Positions 44,165 to 51,514 of a stretch of 51,514 nt of DNA are shown in pieces. Each line of letters starts with the position of its first letter. Position 1 is the stretch's first letter. The notes beneath the pieces were generated by a model. That model was not told the DNA's origin. It worked only from the letters and a program-made list of their open reading frames with translations, and ran no database searches. The position numbers and the translations under genes were made by a program. Source of the stretch: Nitrospirota bacterium (GTDB lineage: Bacteria; Nitrospirota; Thermodesulfovibrionia; Thermodesulfovibrionales; JdFR-86); NCBI GenBank assembly GCA_037385265.1, contig JARRNG010000020.1:1-51514 (forward strand), in the 5' to 3' direction.

Positions 44165-44830
44165 ATGCTGAAGCTCGGTGTCCTGGCGTCCGGAAGAGGC
44201 TCCAACTTTCAGTCGATAATAGACGCCATGGAGGAAGGCAGGCTGGCTGTCTCCATCGAGGTGCTGATAGTGGACAACGCGTCGGCCTTCGCAGTAAGGA
44301 GGGCTGAAAAGCACAACATCCCTCACCTTTACGTGAACCCGAAGGACTTCGGTTCCAGGGACGAGTTCTTCGCCAAGGTCGCCGGGGAGCTCAAGGCAAG
44401 GGAGGTGGGGCTGGTCGTGCTGGCGGGCTTCATGCGCATCGTGCGGAGGCCCCTCCTCGAGGCGTTCCCCATGAGGGTGATGAACATCCACCCCGCCATA
44501 CTTCCCTCGTTCCCGGGCCTCCACGGGCAGAGGCAGGCGGTGGACTACGGGGTCAGGGTGTCGGGCTGCACCGTGCATTTTGTCGACGAGGGGATGGATA
44601 CCGGACCGGTCATCGTCCAAGCCGCCGTGCCGGTGGTCCCCGGAGACAGCGAGGAGACCCTCTCGGCCAGGATCCTGACCCTCGAGCACAAGATATACCC
44701 CGAGGCCATAAGGCTCTTCTCGGAGGGCAGGCTCGAGGTGGAGGGAATGGCCGTGCGGATAAAGGAACGGCCCGGGGGCGCAAGGTACGACCCCTCGACG
44801 TTCCTCGTGAGCCCGCCCCTGGGCTATTGA
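44165..44830 (+). CDS. purN: phosphoribosylglycinamide formyltransferase
   Basis: ASGRGSNFQSI, NIHPAILPSFPG and TVHFVDEGMDTGP motifs. Confidence 0.92.
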   Translation: MLKLGVLASGRGSNFQSIIDAMEEGRLAVSIEVLIVDNASAFAVRRAEKHNIPHLYVNPKDFGSRDEFFAKVAGELKAREVGLVVLAGFMRIVRRPLLEAFPMRVMNIHPAILPSFPGLHGQRQAVDYGVRVSGCTVHFVDEGMDTGPVIVQAAVPVVPGDSEETLSARILTLEHKIYPEAIRLFSEGRLEVEGMAVRIKERPGGARYDPSTFLVSPPLGY

Positions 44831-44901
44831 CGCCCCCGGGAGTCGCCGTTGATATTCCGGGGTTTTGCTATTAAGATAGTTATTATCTTGAAGGTGAAGC
44901 T

Positions 44902-45423
44902 ATGGTGATAGGAAGGCCGCTGTTTACCGTCGAGCAGATTCAAAGGCGAGTGAAGGAGCTCGCCGACAGGATATCGCGCGATTATGAGGGCAAGGAGCTC
45001 CTGGTGGTGCCTCTTCTTAAAGGGGCCTTCATGTTCGCCTCCGACCTCGTAAGGGAGATACAGGTTCCCCTGAGGATAGATTTCATAAGCACCAGCAGCT
45101 ATGTCGAGACGGACACCACGGGGCAGGTGACCCTTCACTGGGGGCTGAGGGAGAAGGTGACGGGCAAGGACGTCCTGGTTGTCGAGGACATAGCCGACAC
45201 GGGCGTCACGCTGGATTTCGTCCGCAAGATGCTTCTCGAGGAGAAGCCCAGGAGCCTCAGGATATGCGCTTTCCTGGACAAGAAGGAGCGGCGGATTAAG
45301 AACGTCCCGCTGGACTATGTTGGTTTCGAGATACCCAACGAGTACGTCGTCGGATACGGCCTGGACTACGACGACAAGTTCAGAAACCTGCCCTACATAG
45401 CGATTTTCAAGAAGAAAGCATAA
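44902..45423 (+). CDS. hpt: hypoxanthine phosphoribosyltransferase
   Basis: VLVVEDIADTGVTL PRPP-binding loop and VVGYGLDY. 173 aa. Confidence 0.9.
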   Translation: MVIGRPLFTVEQIQRRVKELADRISRDYEGKELLVVPLLKGAFMFASDLVREIQVPLRIDFISTSSYVETDTTGQVTLHWGLREKVTGKDVLVVEDIADTGVTLDFVRKMLLEEKPRSLRICAFLDKKERRIKNVPLDYVGFEIPNEYVVGYGLDYDDKFRNLPYIAIFKKKA

Positions 45424-45437
45424 AGGAGAAAGCAACC

Positions 45438-45809
45438 TTGTACGAACTCACGATTGAGACCTCTTTTTCCGCGGCCCACCAGCTCAGGGGCTACAAGGGC
45501 CAATGCGAGAGACTCCACGGCCACAACTGGAAAGTAAATATCCATGTCGTATCGGACACCCTGAATGACCTCGACATGGTCATGGATTTTCATGAAATTA
45601 AGGCCATGGCGAAGGAGACCATATCGGTCCTGGACCATTCCTTTCTGAACGACCTCTTCCCTTTCACCGAAAAGAACCCCTCCTCGGAAAACGTGGCCAA
45701 GTGGATATTCGACTCGCTGAAAAGGAAGATCAACTCCGGCCCGGTCAGGCTTTCGGCGGTCACGGTCTGGGAATCCGATACGGCGTCGGCCACCTACTAT
45801 GAGGACTGA
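45438..45809 (+). CDS. queD: 6-carboxy-5,6,7,8-tetrahydropterin synthase
   Basis: FSAAHQL...CERLHGHNW motif. 123 aa. TTG start. Confidence 0.88.
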   Translation: MYELTIETSFSAAHQLRGYKGQCERLHGHNWKVNIHVVSDTLNDLDMVMDFHEIKAMAKETISVLDHSFLNDLFPFTEKNPSSENVAKWIFDSLKRKINSGPVRLSAVTVWESDTASATYYED

Positions 45810-47133
45810 CAGGGAGCTGGCCGAAAGAATACTGGAGCTGGCTCTCCGGGGCGGCGCCGAGGACGCCGAGGTATTTCAGCGGGCCTCCAGGATGCTCTCG
45901 GCCGAGGTGCGCTCGGGAGAGGTCTCGGCGGTGGAGAGAGCCGTGGGAATGGGTTACGGAGTCCGCCTCAAGAAGGACGGGAGGCCGGGCTTCTACTACG
46001 CGACCCAGGAGGAGGGGGCCGAAAGCGCCGTACAGGCGGCCCTGGAGGCCGCGTCATATGCGGAGCCCGACGAGTTCCTCGTCTTCCCGGAGGCCTCGGA
46101 GCCTGGCGACACTCCGACCTGGGACGAGAGGGTCGGCTCCATCACCGAGGAAGAGGCCATCGAGAGGGCGCTCCAGATAGAGAAATCCACCTTCTCCGCC
46201 GACGCAAGGGTAAAGCGCACGAGGAAGGCCATGGCGTCTTTTTCCGAGGGCGAGACCCTCGTGGTAAACACCAGGGGAGTCTCCCAGGGCTATCGTTCGA
46301 CCTCCTTGAGCGCCCACATTATGTCCGTGGCGGAGGAGGGCGGCGAGTCGCAGATGGGGTGGGGCTTCGGCACCGGCAGGTTCCTGGACGAGGTGGACTT
46401 CCGGGCCGTCGGGGCGGAGGCCGCTTCCCGGGCGGCGAGCATGCTCGGGGCCCGGAAGATCTCAGCGGTTAAGGCCTCCGTCGTGCTCGAAAGCCACGTG
46501 GCGGCGGAATTCCTGTCGATATTCGCGGCGATGCTCTCTTCCGAAAACGTCCAGAAGGGCAAATCCCTACTTGCGGGAAAGACAGGACAGAAAGTCATAA
46601 GCGAAAACATCGACCTGATAGACGACGGCCTCTTGCCCACGGGGCCCGGAAGGAGGCCCGTGGACGATGAGGGGGTGCCGACGTCGAGGAAGGTGCTGGT
46701 CAAGGGCGGGGTGTTGAAAGGGCTCATGTTTAATGCTCGAACCGCCAAGAAGGGGGGGACCGCCTCAACTGGCAATGCAGTGAGGGGACGCTTTTCGGCG
46801 CCCCCTGCCGTAGGCCCGATGTGCTTCTGCATAGACACGGAGATGGAGAAGAAGAGCCTAGAGGCCATGTTTGCATCAATCGGAGAGGGTTTGTATATAA
46901 TAGAGGCCATGGGCATGCACACAGCCAATCCGATCTCCGGCCAATTCTCCATAGGGGTTTCGGGCATTTGGGTTGAGGGAGGCAAGCCCGCTTACCCGGT
47001 AAAAGAGGCCGTGATCTCCGGCGACGTCCTCTCGTTTTTCGGAAACGTGATGGCCGTGGGCGACGACCTGAGGTTTTACGGCAACATCGGTTCTCCGGCG
47101 CTGCACATCGGACCTTCCGACATAAGCGCGTGA
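45799..47133 (+). CDS. TldD/PmbA-family metalloprotease
   Basis: 444 aa. C-terminal GMHTANPISGQFS and GIWVEGGK motifs typical of PmbA/TldD. Confidence 0.85.
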   Translation: MRTDRELAERILELALRGGAEDAEVFQRASRMLSAEVRSGEVSAVERAVGMGYGVRLKKDGRPGFYYATQEEGAESAVQAALEAASYAEPDEFLVFPEASEPGDTPTWDERVGSITEEEAIERALQIEKSTFSADARVKRTRKAMASFSEGETLVVNTRGVSQGYRSTSLSAHIMSVAEEGGESQMGWGFGTGRFLDEVDFRAVGAEAASRAASMLGARKISAVKASVVLESHVAAEFLSIFAAMLSSENVQKGKSLLAGKTGQKVISENIDLIDDGLLPTGPGRRPVDDEGVPTSRKVLVKGGVLKGLMFNARTAKKGGTASTGNAVRGRFSAPPAVGPMCFCIDTEMEKKSLEAMFASIGEGLYIIEAMGMHTANPISGQFSIGVSGIWVEGGKPAYPVKEAVISGDVLSFFGNVMAVGDDLRFYGNIGSPALHIGPSDISA

Positions 47134-47140
47134 TAGCGGA

Positions 47141-48493
47141 TTGATGAATTCCGAACCAGAATCGGCGGGAAAGGAGACGGTCTTCATCGTCGACGACGAC
47201 CCTGAGGTTCTGGACTCCCTTTCTGTCATCTTTACCTCCCTGGGCTTCAAGGTTAACACCGCCTCCTCGGGAGTTGAAGCCGTGGCCGCCTTCGAGAAAG
47301 AGCCGCTGCCGGTCGTAATCTGCGACTATTCGCTGCCCGACGCCAAGGGCACAGACCTGCTCCAGAAGTTCAGGGAGGTTAGCCCCGAGGTGCAGATGAT
47401 AATGCTCACCGGCAAGGGGACGATAGATATAGCGGTTTCCGCCATGAAGGCCGGGGTATTCGATTTCGTTACGAAACCCGTGGACCCCGAGCACCTTCTG
47501 GAACTGGCCAAGCGGGCGGGACAGCTTTACAACGCCCTTGCGGAGAACAAGTCACTGAAGGAAGAGGTAAGAAGGATATCCGAAGACCTGATTGTCGGAA
47601 GACATCCGGTTATCCAAAATCTCTACCGGTTAATTAACACGGTAGCCCCAACGGGCGCTACGGTGCTCATCGAGGGCGAGTCCGGCACCGGAAAGGAGCT
47701 GGTGGCAAGGCTCATACACAAGAGGAGTCCCCGGGCTGACAAACCCTTTGTAGCCGTGGACTGCGGGGCCATACCCGAGAGCCTCCTGGAATCGGAGCTC
47801 TTCGGCTACGAAAAGGGGGCCTTTACGGGAGCGACCGCCCGCAAGCAGGGGAGATTCGAAAGGGCCGATGGGGGCACTTTGTTCCTGGACGAGATTACGA
47901 GCCTGCCCCTTTCCTCGCAGGCCAAGCTCCTCAGGGTGCTCCAGGACAAGATGATAGAGCGTCTGGGGGGAAACAAGGCCATACCCATAGACGTGCGCCT
48001 CATCGCCGCCACCAACACGGACCTCGATGAGGCCGTCGCCAAGCAGAAGTTCAGGGAGGACCTTTACTACAGGCTCAACATAGTGAAGCTCAAAATACCC
48101 CCCCTCAGGGACAGGGCGAGCGACATCCCCTTGCTGGCGGAGCATTTCATACAGAAGCATAGGGCGAAGGTAAACAGCCCCGTCAGCGGCATGTCCAAGG
48201 AGGCCTTGAAGGCGCTCATGGAGCATGCCTGGCCCGGCAACGTCAGGGAACTGGAAAACGCCATCGAGCACTCCCTCATCATGGCCAAGGACTCGGCGAT
48301 AATGATCCACGACCTTCCGCCCCTGAGCGATTCCCAGAAGTCCTTCTCCAGGCTCGACGAGGCCGAAAGAAGTCTCCTTATCAAGGCCATCAAGGACGCC
48401 GGAGGCAACAAGTACAAGGCCGCGAAGATGCTCGGCATACCGAGGTCCAGCCTCTACAGCAAGCTCCAGAAGCACGGGCTCACCAAGATATAG
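47141..48493 (+). CDS. sigma-54-dependent response regulator (NtrC/Fis family)
   Basis: Receiver domain (FIVDDD, VICDYSLPD), GESGTGKELVARLIH, GAFTGA loop, and HTH AAKMLGIPRSSLYSKL. Confidence 0.88.
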   Translation: MMNSEPESAGKETVFIVDDDPEVLDSLSVIFTSLGFKVNTASSGVEAVAAFEKEPLPVVICDYSLPDAKGTDLLQKFREVSPEVQMIMLTGKGTIDIAVSAMKAGVFDFVTKPVDPEHLLELAKRAGQLYNALAENKSLKEEVRRISEDLIVGRHPVIQNLYRLINTVAPTGATVLIEGESGTGKELVARLIHKRSPRADKPFVAVDCGAIPESLLESELFGYEKGAFTGATARKQGRFERADGGTLFLDEITSLPLSSQAKLLRVLQDKMIERLGGNKAIPIDVRLIAATNTDLDEAVAKQKFREDLYYRLNIVKLKIPPLRDRASDIPLLAEHFIQKHRAKVNSPVSGMSKEALKALMEHAWPGNVRELENAIEHSLIMAKDSAIMIHDLPPLSDSQKSFSRLDEAERSLLIKAIKDAGGNKYKAAKMLGIPRSSLYSKLQKHGLTKI

Positions 48494-48587
48494 TTTCCCC
48501 GCCAGACATTTGTCCAGAAACTGACGCACTGTACAGTATTGACCACTCTTTTTTTACCTGATGGCCAATTTTTCAATACGTTAGTTC

Positions 48588-48604
48588 TGGCAAACATATT
48601 GCAA
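48588..48604 (+). promoter_or_regulatory. sigma-54 (-24/-12) promoter upstream of the stand-alone receiver gene
   Basis: TGGCAA-ACATA-TTGCA. GG is at 48589-48590 and GC at 48601-48602, exactly 10 nt apart. The 10-bp perfect palindrome ACTGTACAGT (48528-48537) lies ~50 nt upstream as a possible activator site. Confidence 0.45.
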
Positions 48605-48616
48605 CAGTAGGAGTGC

Positions 48617-48988
48617 ATGTCGATTCTACTTGTCGAGGACGAAACGAAAGTCAGGGAATCACTCGTCACCCTTTTGCGCGCCGCCGGCTACAGGGTGGTC
48701 TCCGCCGCTTCGGCCGAGGAGGCCCTTGAATCTCTTAGAAATAATAGGAAAGTCAGGCTCATGCTCGTGGACCAGTTCATGCCCGGGATGAGCGGCGAGG
48801 AGTTCCTGAGGAAGGCCTGGAGCGAGGAGCGCAGGCCGCCGGCCCTAATCATGACGGCCGTAGCGCCGTGGCGGACGTTGGGGCTGCTTGAATTCGGCGT
48901 GGGGTATCTGAGAAAACCCATAAGTGGCGACCTTTTATTGGGAGCAGTGGAAACATACATGAAGGAAGGAGGCTCAGGATGGGCGTAA
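48617..48988 (+). CDS. single-domain response regulator (CheY-like receiver)
   Basis: LLVEDE acidic pocket, LMLVDQFMPG phospho-Asp, IMTA, and YLRKP Lys. Confidence 0.85.
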   Translation: MSILLVEDETKVRESLVTLLRAAGYRVVSAASAEEALESLRNNRKVRLMLVDQFMPGMSGEEFLRKAWSEERRPPALIMTAVAPWRTLGLLEFGVGYLRKPISGDLLLGAVETYMKEGGSGWA

Positions 48989-49242
48989 AGTCACTTGCAG
49001 AAGCGATAATACTGCAGTCCATGGAGGATTTGTCGGACTCCAGGGCGAGGGCCGAGAGTCTGGAGTTTTTCTCCGGGGAAGCGTTCCGGATATGTGCCCA
49101 GATGGCCGGCATGAAGCCCGCTGAACAGATGAGGATCCTCCAGCTCGTTCAGAAGCTCTCGAAGATTCCGCACTCGGCCATAAGGGGCGAGAAGGTGCGC
49201 GAGGCAGTCAGGAAGATGGCTGTCCCGGTCCTCTATGGCTAG
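48979..49242 (+). CDS. hypothetical protein (87 aa)
   Basis: AAGGAGG Shine-Dalgarno. Overlaps the receiver gene end by 10 nt. No motif recognised. Confidence 0.5.
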   Translation: MGVKSLAEAIILQSMEDLSDSRARAESLEFFSGEAFRICAQMAGMKPAEQMRILQLVQKLSKIPHSAIRGEKVREAVRKMAVPVLYG

Positions 49243-49261
49243 GAACCCCTTTGCATTTTCT

Positions 49262-49295
49262 CAGGCGGGCGCGCTAATTTAGGCGCGTCCGCCTG
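49262..49295 (+). terminator. 13-bp GC-rich hairpin after the receiver/87-aa gene pair
   Basis: CAGGCGGGCGCGC (49262-49274) pairs with GCGCGTCCGCCTG (49283-49295), including one G-U pair, around an 8-nt loop. TT follows. Confidence 0.5.
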
Positions 49296-49342
49296 TTCCC
49301 GCTGGGCGAAGCAGATTCCGTCCCGCCCTGGAACACCCGAAC

Positions 49343-49351
49343 TGGTATAAT
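49343..49351 (+). promoter_or_regulatory. extended -10 promoter (TGgTATAAT) 9 nt upstream of the nucleotidyltransferase ATG
   Basis: TGGTATAAT at 49343-49351. The ATG is at 49361 with no Shine-Dalgarno, which implies a leaderless or near-leaderless mRNA. Confidence 0.45.
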
Positions 49352-49360
49352 CCCCCTACC

Positions 49361-50536
49361 ATGGGGTTAGCGCCTTCAAAGAGGACAATCCTGCGCGGCC
49401 GCGCGTGCTCCACGGTCTTCCGCATTTGTCCGGACGCCTATCTCGTTGGCGGCTACCTGAGGGACCTGTCGAGGGGAGGGCCGCGTTCAAAGGACATTGA
49501 TTTCATCTTCGCCGGGGATTTCCACGGCCTGTCGGTCGCGGTGGCCAGGGAGCTCGGGGGGAAGGTGGTGGAGCTCAAGGCCGAGACACTTACGAGGGTC
49601 GTCCTCCCGGGAGGCAGGACCATTGATTTTTCCAGGATGGAGGGCGATATATTGAATGACCTCGGCGGCCGGGACTTCACGATGAACGCCATGGCCTGGT
49701 CGCCCAGGGGAGGCTTTTTAGATCCCTTCAGAGGTCTCAGGGACATTGACCAGGGGATAGTAAGAGCCCTGTCCGCGGAGAACCTGCGAGCCGACCCGGT
49801 GAGGCTCGTCAGGGCATACAGGTTTTCCGCCGAGATGGACTACGCCCTTGAGCGCCGGACCCGCGCCATGATTAGGGACCTCGCCGGCAGCCTGGAGAGG
49901 GCCGTAAGTGAAAGAATTACTTTAGAGTTTTTCAAGCTCCTCAATGCCGACGCCCCCTGGAAGGCTCTGGGCATGGCCCTCTCCGACGGTCTCCTCAGAA
50001 AGATAATTCCGTTATCTATCAAGCAGTTGCATTCCAACATTAAATCTATTTCAAATCTTGAACGTAACATTCAGAAATTACATGAAATTTCCCACATGAG
50101 GGAATTCTCCCAAGGCCTCAGCGTCAGGGGCCTCCTGAGGCTTGAGAGGCTCATGGTGGGCGCTGGCAGTCTGCCCGGGAGGCTTTCCCTGAGCAACGAC
50201 ATTGCGAGAAGGCTCGAAGCCTGCCGGCGGTTGTATGCCGCATTTAAGAGGGCCGATGCGTCGGACCTTCACGCGCTGTTTGAGATATTCCATGAAGCTG
50301 GCGAGGCCTCCTTCGACATAGTGGTGATTGCCGGAAGGATGGAACTCATGGGGGAGTTAAAGCGATTTCAAAGGATTAGCGGAAAACCCCTTATAAGCAC
50401 GGAAGAGGTGATGGAGATAACCGGGGTAGGCGGTGGGCCTAAACTCGGGCGGATTCTGAAGGACCTGGCGAAGCACAGGTTCAGTCGAGACATCAGGGGC
50501 CGGCGCGATGCGACGAGGTGGCTTTCGGCACAATAG
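49361..50536 (+). CDS. CCA-adding enzyme / poly(A) polymerase-family tRNA nucleotidyltransferase
   Basis: LVGGYLRDL...KDIDF head-domain motif, GRDFTMNAMA, and RAYRFS. Confidence 0.8.
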   Translation: MGLAPSKRTILRGRACSTVFRICPDAYLVGGYLRDLSRGGPRSKDIDFIFAGDFHGLSVAVARELGGKVVELKAETLTRVVLPGGRTIDFSRMEGDILNDLGGRDFTMNAMAWSPRGGFLDPFRGLRDIDQGIVRALSAENLRADPVRLVRAYRFSAEMDYALERRTRAMIRDLAGSLERAVSERITLEFFKLLNADAPWKALGMALSDGLLRKIIPLSIKQLHSNIKSISNLERNIQKLHEISHMREFSQGLSVRGLLRLERLMVGAGSLPGRLSLSNDIARRLEACRRLYAAFKRADASDLHALFEIFHEAGEASFDIVVIAGRMELMGELKRFQRISGKPLISTEEVMEITGVGGGPKLGRILKDLAKHRFSRDIRGRRDATRWLSAQ

Positions 50537-50640
50537 GGTTATCAGAATCAGCGGGCTTTATTATAGACAGTCGTTTAAAAAAGCCGTATAAATAGCAGAA
50601 ATCGCTGAAGTCGTTTGCAGATAAGCTAATCAAGCAAGCC

Positions 50641-51224
50641 TGTCAATGAGCGAAAGGGGAGGCCAAATTGACAATACAAGCACGGAGAAGATAGGATTAC
50701 TACTTTACTACTGTAAAGGAGAAAAGTTTCCTAATGATCACGAAACAAATACTGTTAAAGACCTTTATTATAACCGTTGTTGCAACCTTTTGTGTTTTCC
50801 TACTGGTTCTTACATTTAAGCTCAATGAAATGATAGCATTTGGTTCAGCCATCCCCATAGCAATAGTACTAATATGGCTGATCAATAAAGTAATTAAACG
50901 TACTTAATTCCACAGAACATGTCGTATTTGAAAGAGGGCGTCAAGCTAACGAGCTAGGGACAAAAATGTAACGACGCCTAGGGCGATAAAAAGGCCAGAG
51001 AAGCAGAAAATATACAATAAATCACGCGACATAATTTCGACATAATATACCGTATTTGAATCAGAGTGTCAATGAGAGAAGAGGGCGACCCAAATTGACA
51101 GTGCGTAGCACGAGAGGATAAAATTACTACTTTACCATTGTAAAGGCACTAATATGGTCGATTAATAAAATAATAAAGCATCCTTAGTTTCACAGAATAT
51201 CTCGTATTTGGAAGAGGGTGTCAA
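50641..51224. repeat. tandemly duplicated promoter/small-ORF cassette (copy A 50641-50944; degenerate copy B 51044-51224)
   Basis: Both copies share TGTCAATGAG..AAATTGACA, ATTACTACTTTAC..TGTAAAGG, and ACTAATATGG..CACAGAA.AT.TCGTATTTG.AAGAGGG.GTCAA. Copy B lacks ~147 nt of the ORF body. Confidence 0.7.
50734..50907 (+). CDS. 57-aa hydrophobic small membrane peptide (candidate type I toxin)
   Basis: Not on the ORF track. AAAGGAG lies ~12 nt upstream. Translation is MITKQILLKTFIITVVATFCVFLLVLTFKLNEMIAFGSAIPIAIVLIWLINKVIKRT, with two hydrophobic segments and a basic tail. Preceded by TTGACA-N18-TAGGAT (50668-50697). Confidence 0.45.
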   Translation: MITKQILLKTFIITVVATFCVFLLVLTFKLNEMIAFGSAIPIAIVLIWLINKVIKRT

Positions 51225-51386
51225 TGTGAAGATGAGTGCACTTACTCCTAAATCGAAAAAACATATGATATTTTATAGAGAAGAAATGCCCAAACTTGAT
51301 GGGTGATACTAAAATCGGCGTATTAAGACCATAGAAAATTCAGTCAGTGCTAAAGATGGTTTGGATAATATTCGGAAGAGGACTGT

Positions 51387-51514
51387 ATGCCTAATCGCAA
51401 GATATTAACAGATTATGATAAGAAGATTGATGATTTTAAGAACTTTACGGTGCGTGTCAAGGGTTTGATTGAACAACTAATTAGCGAAGCTGGAATCAAA
51501 CTTCATTCGATAAC
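51387..51514 (+). CDS. RelA/SpoT-domain (small alarmone synthetase / toxSAS-like) protein, 5' fragment running off the window
   Basis: MPNRKILTDYDKKIDDFKNFTVRVKGLIEQLISEAGIKLHSI matches the N-terminal pattern I recall for stand-alone RelA_SpoT proteins: Y-x-x-x-x-x-x-F, then a helix, then I-K/N-x-H-S-I. Only 42 codons are visible. Confidence 0.45.
   Translation, partial: MPNRKILTDYDKKIDDFKNFTVRVKGLIEQLISEAGIKLHSI

Noticed and set aside
50700-50885. 61-aa minus-strand ORF on the supplied track
   Set aside because: It is antisense to the plus-strand 57-aa ORF, which has a proper AAAGGAG Shine-Dalgarno and an upstream promoter. The minus ORF has neither, and it is disrupted in the duplicated copy in the same way as non-coding sequence.
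1-51514. Looked for CRISPR arrays, tRNA/rRNA genes, IS elements, integrases, phage structural genes and known defence-system genes
   Set aside because: I recognised no regularly spaced direct repeats, cloverleaf-like sequences, or transposase/integrase/recombinase motifs in any supplied ORF. The only accessory-looking DNA is the AT-rich terminal kilobase.

Overview
GC-rich (roughly 60% G+C by eye) bacterial chromosomal segment, almost entirely tightly packed housekeeping operons on both strands. Recognised genes are aroE, pgsA, rpe, rsmB, dxr, rseP, mfd, tatC, recN, nadK, tsaE, nnr, ribD, panD, gatC, a uvrD/pcrA-type helicase, glmS, glmU, yebC, purN, hpt and queD. There is also signalling content: two sigma-54 NtrC-type activators, a stand-alone receiver, a GGDEF cyclase and an HD-GYP phosphodiesterase. 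I recognised no rRNA, tRNA, CRISPR array, transposase or integrase. All calls come from reading the supplied translations for family motifs and reading the DNA by eye; no searches were run. Stand-outs: (1) A small unannotated DUF2892/YgaP-like membrane protein gene (7919-8131) has an in-frame TGA exactly where the family has its conserved Cys, followed by a SECIS-like hairpin, so it is a candidate selenoprotein. It sits in a cytochrome c / DUF134 / NifX-like / DsrE-like cluster. (2) The last ~1 kb (50537-51514) switches abruptly to AT-rich DNA. It carries a tandemly duplicated cassette of convergent promoters around a 57-aa hydrophobic peptide (type I toxin-antitoxin-like), then the 5' end of a RelA/SpoT-like (toxSAS-like) gene. 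(3) Three housekeeping genes (dxr, nadK, uvrD/pcrA) each lack precisely their most conserved motif through short deletions or a truncation. This is either unusual gene decay or an assembly problem. (4) A HEAT-repeat protein and an HD-GYP protein share an N-terminal module in a lower-GC patch. (5) ribD and the CCA-type nucleotidyltransferase gene each contain a short in-frame AT-rich patch. (6) Several near-consensus promoters lie so close to start codons that leaderless transcripts are implied, including a sigma-54 promoter next to a sigma-54 activator.
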